Shown here: positions 10,126-15,952 of the stretch, piece after piece
Numbering within the stretch: the first letter of the stretch is position 1
How the letters are laid out: the number at the start of each line of letters is the position of its first letter
Assembly (NCBI GenBank): GCA_900319035.1
Contig: ONMU01000004.1
Coordinates: forward strand, 29,531-93,530
Source: an uncultured Bacteroidales bacterium
GTDB lineage: Bacteria > Bacteroidota > Bacteroidia > Bacteroidales > Paludibacteraceae
Reading direction: 5' to 3'
DNA: 64,000 nt
Notes under the pieces: generated by a model
Databases searched by the model: none
Told to the model about the DNA's origin: nothing
What the model saw: the letters and a program-made list of their open reading frames with translations, nothing else
Program-made: the position numbers and the translations under genes

Positions 10126-11328
10126 TTACAAGAGTCGTTTTAGATCTTCTGCGGAAGGCAGTACATTTCGGTATTGTTCCGGAAGTTCTTGAGAAGAACG
10201 ATAAGTAGCTACTCCCATCGGTTTGCTCATATCTCGGAGAGTGAACTCCACTTCGGCGTTATCTTTATCTCGACAAAGCAAAATGCCAATAGAAGGATTC
10301 TCCTCCGGCAACTTCACTAACGAGTCCAATGCCGATAAGTAATAATTGAGTTTGCCTGCATATTCCGGTTGAAACTCTCCGCCTTTGAGTTCGATCGCCA
10401 CCAAGCATCGCATCCGGCGGTGATAAAAGAGCAAATCCAATTTCCGCTCCCTACCGTTAACAATCAAGCGGTATTGCTCGCCCATAAAAGCGAACTCTCC
10501 GCCAAGCGACATCATGAAGTTCTTAACGTTCTTGACGATTTGCTCTTCTACATCCAATTCATCTACTAGGTCGGGATTTGGTATCTTCAGAAAATCCAAG
10601 ACATTATCTTCCTTGAAGGTCTGCATCGCTACTTGACGCTGTTTATCATCCGGAAGGGTCAACGCAAAATTACTCGGCATCGAGCCATGCTGATGATATA
10701 GGTCAGAAGCAAGCATTTGGTGCAGTTGACGCTTACCGATAAAATCTCTTGCCACTTTTCTTATATAAAACCAACGCTCAGCATCGTTTTTGGTTTGCGC
10801 AATAATGTCAATATGCATCGTGAAACCAACCCTTAAAAACTGCTCTATATCTGCCGCGTCTAATTCGTTCGCCACTGGCGAACATTTTTCGTCCCCCAAT
10901 TCGTTCGCCAGTGGCGAACGTTTTACAATAGCCTGATTTTCTGCGCTTTCTAATTCGTTCGGCAGTGTCGAACGAAAGTCAAACAACTCAATATGATCAG
11001 CTATAGGAAGTAAGCCGAAGGTGTTTTCTGCTTGCGGTTCAAACACCGGTTGCCATGCTTCATAGAACAAACGCATCTTACGCATATTGCCCTCCGAGAA
11101 ACCTTTTAGTCCGGGCATCTCATGCTGTAATTGGTTAGAGATGCTTTTAAGAGCTCCTGTTCCCCATTTGGCATTACGCGTATTGAGCGATATGAACTTG
11201 CCCACAGAGTAGTACAAGCGAAGCATTTCGGCATTTGCAAACTTCGCAGCACGATACCGGCTAATGTTAATAGCATTGCGTATCTGCTGAACTTCAGCGA
11301 TGTAGTTTTGTCGGATAGATTGTTCCAT
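10126..11328 (-). CDS. YhcG/DUF1016-family PD-(D/E)xK nuclease domain protein
   Basis: The track start (TTG at 11346) lies inside the -7 box at 11344..11351, so I use the ATG at 11328 (MEQSIRQNY). N-terminal YhcG-type helical domain: RLYYSVGKFI..WGTGALKSISNQLQHEMPGLKGFSEGNMRKMRLFYEAW. C-terminal nuclease core: LDLLFYHRRMRCLVAIELKGGEFQPEYAGKLNYYLSALD. Confidence 0.8.
   Translation of the reverse strand: MEQSIRQNYIAEVQQIRNAINISRYRAAKFANAEMLRLYYSVGKFISLNTRNAKWGTGALKSISNQLQHEMPGLKGFSEGNMRKMRLFYEAWQPVFEPQAENTFGLLPIADHIELFDFRSTLPNELESAENQAIVKRSPLANELGDEKCSPVANELDAADIEQFLRVGFTMHIDIIAQTKNDAERWFYIRKVARDFIGKRQLHQMLASDLYHQHGSMPSNFALTLPDDKQRQVAMQTFKEDNVLDFLKIPNPDLVDELDVEEQIVKNVKNFMMSLGGEFAFMGEQYRLIVNGRERKLDLLFYHRRMRCLVAIELKGGEFQPEYAGKLNYYLSALDSLVKLPEENPSIGILLCRDKDNAEVEFTLRDMSKPMGVATYRSSQELPEQYRNVLPSAEDLKRLL
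10862..10973. repeat. Three copies of a 22-bp unit containing a 17-bp near-palindrome, inside the YhcG-like CDS
   Basis: aattcgttcgccactggcgaac (10862..10883), aattcgttcgccagtggcgaac (10898..10919) and aattcgttcggcagtgtcgaac (10952..10973). Offsets are 36 and 54 bp (in frame), encoding L/V-(A/P)-NEL three times. Confidence 0.85.
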
Positions 11329-11343
11329 TGCGAAAATTTTTCG

Positions 11344-11375
11344 CAAAGTTACATCTTTTTTCGGACATATGCAAG
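11344..11375 (-). promoter_or_regulatory. Bacteroidota sigma-A promoter (-7 TAACTTTG, -33 CTTG) for the YhcG-like gene
   Basis: Plus-strand caaagtta at 11344..11351, a 20-nt spacer, then caag at 11372..11375. Confidence 0.6.
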
Positions 11376-11452
11376 TTTTCAGGTAATAAAAGCTTGGATA
11401 TTTGCATTTTTAAGCCTAATCTGTTTGTTTCTCAGTATGTCAAAGATCAATC

Positions 11453-11481
11453 CATTTACCATTTAGTCATTTACCATGTAC
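11453..11481. repeat. CATTTACC / GGTAAATG word-repeat block
   Basis: catttaccatttagtcattta (11453..11473) is identical to 15932..15952. gtcatttaccatgtac (11466..11481) is identical to 57888..57903. Confidence 0.9.
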
Positions 11482-11540
11482 TATTTGGCTTATGGTTTTT
11501 GCCTCCGTTTTAAGCCGGGAAGCGGGGCTGTGATTTATAC

Positions 11541-11868
11541 GCAAAAAGAGCGCGAAGTTATTCTTCACGCTCCCTATCCGTTCGTAAGGATCTAAATCCG
11601 TAAGATACAGCAAATGTCCAATGTGGGATACTCGATACAAACTATAACATGCGCGCACGAGCACATACTATACTTATAAAGTACCCAATAGGACACCTAT
11701 TGGCTGTTCTTGGGCTGGTTTTAGAAAGTTGCGAAGTTTCCGGGAGCCGCCAATAACATCAATAAATGTCAATTATGGTATTCAATCACTTATGGTATTA
11801 GTGATTTCGTGTTTTTCTTGGTTTTAGGAACAAAAATCCATGCTACTTATGTTCCGATATTTTTCAAA
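11541..11868 (-). ncRNA. Candidate ~330-nt non-coding transcript, unit A (promoter-to-terminator module with no credible ORF)
   Basis: Bounded upstream by a consensus promoter (11876..11907). Bounded downstream by the hairpin GAGCGUGAAG-aauaa-CUUCGCGCUC followed by UUUUU (plus coordinates 11541..11572). It shares a ~45-nt block, a second ~35-nt block and the terminator with unit B. The longest ATG ORFs read by hand are 5 and 12 codons. The 65-aa track ORF (11467..11664) runs through the terminator hairpin and is treated as spurious. The ends are estimates. Confidence 0.35.
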
Positions 11869-11875
11869 TCGAGTG

Positions 11876-11907
11876 CAAAATTATAAAAAATATTTCATAT
11901 CTGCAAA
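11876..11907 (-). promoter_or_regulatory. Consensus promoter (-7 TAATTTTG, -33 TTTG, 20-nt spacer) for unit A
   Basis: Plus-strand caaaatta at 11876..11883 and caaa at 11904..11907, with the extended -33 context catatctgcaaa. Confidence 0.6.
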
Positions 11908-12004
11908 CTATAGTTTACAATTTCGGCTATTTTGTCATTATTTGCACAAAAAACGTCAATTTAGCGCTATTTTCAAGGTTCGTACGTAGTCGATTCATCA
12001 GGGA

Positions 12005-12343
12005 CATAAAGAAAGCGTGAAGTTCACTTGTTCTTCACGCTCCCTTAGGCCTTCGCAATGCCTGTAACCAGTAGAAAAACAACCGAAGTCCACGCCGAAT
12101 ATGTAAAACAGGTACAATACGCCTACGCGTAGTGTACTCAGGATTTACACATCCCGAGGACATTCATTGGTTGTTGCTCGGACTGATTACGAGAAAGTTG
12201 CGAAGTTTCAGAGAGTCGCAAACAACGTTCAATAAACGCCTTTTCAATATGTCTAATTCTCCACCCTACCAGAGACACCTCCCCTCAGCGTGGATCAGAT
12301 TACGCATACGTATACGCACATGCGTGGTATAGCAATACGCATA
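12005..12343 (-). ncRNA. Candidate ~335-nt non-coding transcript, unit B (diverged tandem paralogue of unit A)
   Basis: Promoter at 12351..12382. The terminator-like hairpin AGCGUGAAG-N10-CUUCACGCU followed by UUCUUUAUG lies at plus 12005..12041. A conserved block (GAAACTTCGCAACTTTCT and flanks) lies at 12185..12237, matching 11715..11765 in unit A. Only 9- and 15-codon ORFs are present. The ends are estimates. Confidence 0.35.
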
Positions 12344-12350
12344 ATCGGTG

Positions 12351-12382
12351 CAAAAATACTGCTTTTCCTTCATATACGCAAA
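12351..12382 (-). promoter_or_regulatory. Consensus promoter (-7 TATTTTTG, -33 TTTG, 20-nt spacer) for unit B
   Basis: Plus-strand caaaaata at 12351..12358 and caaa at 12379..12382, in the context catatacgcaaatttt. Confidence 0.6.
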
Positions 12383-12440
12383 TTTTACCGTGAAATTCGT
12401 ACAAAAAAGTGCATTTTTTAACGAAAAGGGGCAAAAATGG

Positions 12441-12496
12441 GGTTAGTGGGTTAGAGGATTAGAGGGTTAGAGGATTAGAGGGTTAGAGGATTAGAG
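12441..12496. repeat. Octamer tandem array: 7 units of GGTTAGAG / GATTAGAG / GGTTAGTG
   Basis: ggttagtg ggttagag gattagag ggttagag gattagag ggttagag gattagag, read directly. The word TTAGTGG is the reverse complement of the CCACTAA units at 53214..53237. Confidence 0.95.
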
Positions 12497-12513
12497 GGGG
12501 ACGCTGCATTAAT

Positions 12514-12582
12514 GCACCGTGCAGGAAAGCACCGTGCAGGAAAGCACCGTGCAGGAAAGCACCGTGCAGGAAGGCACCGGGC
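12514..12582. repeat. 15-bp tandem repeat GCACCGTGCAGGAAA, about 4.5 copies
   Basis: Units at 12514, 12529, 12544 and 12559, plus a degenerate fifth. Each unit contains the small palindrome gcac-c-gtgc. The array is preceded by the 12-bp palindrome tgcattaatgca. Confidence 0.95.
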
Positions 12583-12617
12583 AAAAAAAAGCGGCAAACC
12601 ACAAGGCTTACCGCTTT
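12583..12617 (-). terminator. Rho-independent terminator ending the surface-protein operon
   Basis: Minus RNA AAGCGGUAA-gccuugugg-UUGCCGCUU followed by UUUUUUUU, 22 nt after the stop at 12639. Confidence 0.75.
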
Positions 12618-12638
12618 AGGGATGATTATCAAGAGGGA

Positions 12639-15600
12639 TTAACGCACCATCATCGGATGGATCGTGCGGGGTTTGGGGGCATTGGTATCCGATGCACGGA
12701 GGACAAGGAGATAGTATCCTGCGGTAGTAGGAGCAGAGATAGACGAGTTGTCGTACGACTCCGTATGATGCGGACGTCCGAGCACGTCATACCAGTATGC
12801 CTTACCTTTGCCTTGCACTTGGATTGACGAACCGAGCGGAACAAGGGTCGGCATATCCGTTATATCCGCAGAAACTGTCTCAGGCTCAATCGGACAGGTG
12901 AAGAGCTGTACACCATCATCGCGGGTCAGGAGCGCGCTATAGGGCTCTCCGAAACGGAGCTGCGCATTCTCTCCGGCGAAGTAGTTGAACTCTGTAGCAC
13001 CCTGAATAGGCGACTCGCCGAGATACCACTGTACGGCTGTGAAGAGATAACCACCGTTATAGTCCGCATTGCGGATAGCGAGGACATCATTCCAACGCTG
13101 CGTGATGATCGACGAGGCATAGCGGATCGTCACCGTAAACGGCAGACGTACATTATGCTCGGGGAGCGAGTCTTCAAGCAGGATGGATCCTTTATAGATA
13201 TTCGGATACGGCTTTGCAAGGGGCACAACGAGCGTGGTGTCGGTTCCTTTGCGCTGATGTTTGGTTAGCGGATCAATCGAATCCAGATCAGCAATCCGGT
13301 ACGAATAGCGCAAACTGCGTCCCTGCGTAATGATATACTCGATTCCGACGACAGAGTCATCCTCGCAGACGATAATCGCGGTATCTGCCAAATGGGCTTT
13401 GAGCGGCTCATAGACCTCAAAATTGAGTACCCACGTAGTGTCACAAGCGGCATTGGGAATGGTATCGATCACACTCTCGGTATAGGAACGTCCGCGATAT
13501 ACGAAAGGCAGATCATCGGAGAGGACCACGGTGTCCACAAAGAGACGGAGCGGTTCGGTCAGCTCCAGATAGATGACGCTGTCACAGGTGGTAGCGGGGT
13601 TGAGGAGCACGACAGAGTCCACCACACCATAGGTGTGATAAGCGGTGTCGGTACGCTCTTTCCACGCGAAGCCGGCCTTGCGGTCATCATCGCAGAGGAT
13701 ATAGGTCTGCGTCTCTTTAGTTGCACCGAGCGGATCGAGGTGGAGGTGGTAATGCAGTACGGAATCACAGGTACCGCAAGTGGTACGAAGCGTAACCTCA
13801 TAATCGCCGCCTTCAATCGGGAAATTAAAGGTCGGCTTCACCTCATCTGACCAGCCGTACGCCAAGCCTTCTATATTCCACTCATAGGTCTCAATATGGT
13901 ATGCTTTGCTGACGAGTGTATCTCCGGTCACGTGGTCGATCTCCTGTACCCACGAAGGCGAAGCATCGAAGGTCACGCGGTAGATACTGTCACGGCAGTT
14001 CATGTATATCTGCGGATCATTCATCACCGAGATGGGGTTGGTAGCCAGCGTCGAAGCATAGAGCGAGAAGAAACAGGAGTGATCTTGAACGAACATACAA
14101 TCGACTACATAAAGGCTGTCATCGTGCATACCGGCATTATAATGCTGGTCGGTACTGAGGATATACTGCTCCGGCAGGGAGCCATCGGGACGACGGTATT
14201 TCTCGTTATAGGCATATGCCCAACGATAGTGAAATCCGTCCGGTGCCTCAAACTCGGGGTTGATAGCACCACATTTCATCCCTTTGAGCTTACCATCGGA
14301 GCAACCGAGGGTGAAATAGGCGTAACCGAAGTGCGCATTATAGACACAGTCATAAGTAGCCAGCCGCGCAGTGATGGTACTTCCGTGACCGGCATATTGC
14401 CTGATATTGACACCGACCGTAGTCCATTCTTTCCAAACGACCGGAGTAGTAGAGCCCTCAAACGAGCCAGGAGGCACAAGATGCCATCCCTGTTGTGCAG
14501 CACCGGGCTTTAACTGCTGGGTTTGCGTATCGTATGCGTCATTGGCATTGAAATCCGCCTGTCCGCACCTACCGATAGACTGACCGTCCACCAAGATATC
14601 CAAGGTAAAACGGGAGTTCTCAGCATCAGTGTGGTTAGGCGCCTCAATGATAGGCAAATACTTGAGCAGAAGGACAGGATACTTGATGGTATCAATAGGG
14701 AAGGAGAACTCAATCTGCTCTGCTCCTTCGCCTGTTTCATTTTCCCAGTTGCCCAAACGAACAGAGGCAAGCTCTCCATCCGGAACGGTCTTCGCCATAT
14801 TAGCAGTACGCGCTTCTACTTCCGTACGATCGAAATGTACGGTATGACGGCTGCGTGAGTTGGCAGGACCATAATCGACTGCATTAACCAGACGGAAATC
14901 CGAGAAAGTACGTGTATCCGACGGTTGCGAATTGGCAACATAACATTTGGCGTTATTCAAGTTCAGATAGTCCACACACATCTGATCGGGGTAGTAGATG
15001 AGCTTGGAGACGATGGTCTTGAGGCTGAAATAGTCATCGCCGCACTTTGCACGAACGATGAAGTCAGTCTGGCCAACAGGCAGACCGGTGAAGTTGGTCT
15101 GCGTACCGGTCACGATCTTCGGTCCTGCCCAGACTTGTCCGTCATAGGAATACGCGCTGACCTCGTACTCGGTAGCCGTACCTTGCCATTCCAGCGAAAC
15201 GGTGGTACCGTTCGGGGTGACCACAAGGTTCGTAGGCTGATCGCAAGGCGCACCGTCGGTAATGAGGATATTATCGATTAACGCACCGGGTTGCTGCGGT
15301 AAATACGCGCCATTTGCCCAAACGAAAGCGAGATAGTGGGGCGTACCGTCACATTTCGATCCCGGGATATTCACGGCGCACTGACGCCACGTAACCGTAC
15401 CGGCGAGATAGTCCATGTTCGCATTCGGCTGAAGACGGATGACATAGTTTTCGTACTTCCTAGGCAGACCTGAGGTAGCGACGGAGTTAACCTTAATCGA
15501 ATCGCCGTCATCGTTCGTCATTGGAATCCAAAGGGCATAGAGTCCATCGAATTTACTTGCCACGTTCGCCATGGAAGTATAGTCGAAAGTCAGCATATAA

Positions 15601-15914
15601 TCTCCGGCGATATTATCCAAAGCGACGGTATCGTATGCAAAGACCCAGCAGCCCTTGTTCTGGTAATGAGCAGTAGCACCTCCATCATCGGAGATGTAGA
15701 GTCCATACTGACCGTTACGGTCATTGTTACCGGGTTCGCCGATATACCACTTGTTCGCCAAGTTATTATAGGTACTTTTGTTAGCAGTGGGATTGAGTTT
15801 CCAACGGCTACGAGCAACCGAGTCCTCGAAATTACAGGAGTACCGTCTAACAGCTTGAACAGGAGCAGCAAAAACGAGGGCTGCTACCACGAATAGTTGT
15901 ACGAATCGATTCAT
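12639..15914 (-). CDS. Large secreted surface protein (about 1091 aa from ATG 15914), paralogue of the 1074-aa protein, with a beta-rich C-terminal domain resembling a T9SS sorting domain
   Basis: The track start at 15941 lies in the word-repeat block. MNRFVQLFVVAALVFAAPVQA (signal peptide) starts at 15914. Contains an Fn3-like PCDQPTNLVVTPNGTTVSLEWQG. The core shared with its paralogue includes SRHTVHFD and TVPDGELASVRLGNW. Also has Cys-rich CD(S/T) repeats, WNDVL..NGG..F..QWY and the tail GYYLLVLRASD. Confidence 0.85.
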   Translation of the reverse strand: MNRFVQLFVVAALVFAAPVQAVRRYSCNFEDSVARSRWKLNPTANKSTYNNLANKWYIGEPGNNDRNGQYGLYISDDGGATAHYQNKGCWVFAYDTVALDNIAGDYMLTFDYTSMANVASKFDGLYALWIPMTNDDGDSIKVNSVATSGLPRKYENYVIRLQPNANMDYLAGTVTWRQCAVNIPGSKCDGTPHYLAFVWANGAYLPQQPGALIDNILITDGAPCDQPTNLVVTPNGTTVSLEWQGTATEYEVSAYSYDGQVWAGPKIVTGTQTNFTGLPVGQTDFIVRAKCGDDYFSLKTIVSKLIYYPDQMCVDYLNLNNAKCYVANSQPSDTRTFSDFRLVNAVDYGPANSRSRHTVHFDRTEVEARTANMAKTVPDGELASVRLGNWENETGEGAEQIEFSFPIDTIKYPVLLLKYLPIIEAPNHTDAENSRFTLDILVDGQSIGRCGQADFNANDAYDTQTQQLKPGAAQQGWHLVPPGSFEGSTTPVVWKEWTTVGVNIRQYAGHGSTITARLATYDCVYNAHFGYAYFTLGCSDGKLKGMKCGAINPEFEAPDGFHYRWAYAYNEKYRRPDGSLPEQYILSTDQHYNAGMHDDSLYVVDCMFVQDHSCFFSLYASTLATNPISVMNDPQIYMNCRDSIYRVTFDASPSWVQEIDHVTGDTLVSKAYHIETYEWNIEGLAYGWSDEVKPTFNFPIEGGDYEVTLRTTCGTCDSVLHYHLHLDPLGATKETQTYILCDDDRKAGFAWKERTDTAYHTYGVVDSVVLLNPATTCDSVIYLELTEPLRLFVDTVVLSDDLPFVYRGRSYTESVIDTIPNAACDTTWVLNFEVYEPLKAHLADTAIIVCEDDSVVGIEYIITQGRSLRYSYRIADLDSIDPLTKHQRKGTDTTLVVPLAKPYPNIYKGSILLEDSLPEHNVRLPFTVTIRYASSIITQRWNDVLAIRNADYNGGYLFTAVQWYLGESPIQGATEFNYFAGENAQLRFGEPYSALLTRDDGVQLFTCPIEPETVSADITDMPTLVPLGSSIQVQGKGKAYWYDVLGRPHHTESYDNSSISAPTTAGYYLLVLRASDTNAPKPRTIHPMMVR

Positions 15915-15917
15915 TAT

Positions 15918-15952
15918 ATTTACCATTTTATCATTTACCATTTAGTCATTTA
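15918..15952. repeat. CATTTACC word-repeat block spanning the junction between the 1074-aa and 1100-aa genes
   Basis: tttaccattttatcatttaccatttagtcattta. It contains the stop of the upstream gene (15950..15952) and two in-frame ATGs upstream of the likely start. The 21-nt string is shared exactly with 11453..11473. The string aaatggtaaatgataaaatggtaaat recurs in inverse orientation at about 57967..57992. Confidence 0.9.

Noticed and set aside
11329-11346. N-terminal extensions given by the ORF track for several genes. These are the TTG/GTG or upstream ATG starts at 11346, 15941, 21536, 44797, 44972, 47721, 54739, 59561 and 47499.
   Set aside because: In most cases the extension overlaps the gene's own -7/-33 promoter boxes or a word-repeat block, and a downstream ATG gives a canonical N-terminus or signal peptide. 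I trimmed these starts, but they remain uncertain by a few codons.
4104-12000. Integrated mobile element or prophage carrying the RADAR islet.
   Set aside because: No integrase, transposase, relaxase or phage genes are present. I found no flanking direct or inverted repeats, and no tRNA lies at the border. I report it only as a compositional islet.
12441-12582. Possible CRISPR array (also considered for 53166..53237 and 62722..62801).
   Set aside because: The units are 7-15 nt and directly contiguous with no unique spacers. No cas genes or leader are present.
12519-12827. 102-aa plus-strand ORF beginning MQESTVQESTVQESTVQEG.
   Set aside because: The repeated peptide is simply the translation of the 15-bp tandem repeat. 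The ORF then crosses a terminator and runs antisense into the 1100-aa gene.
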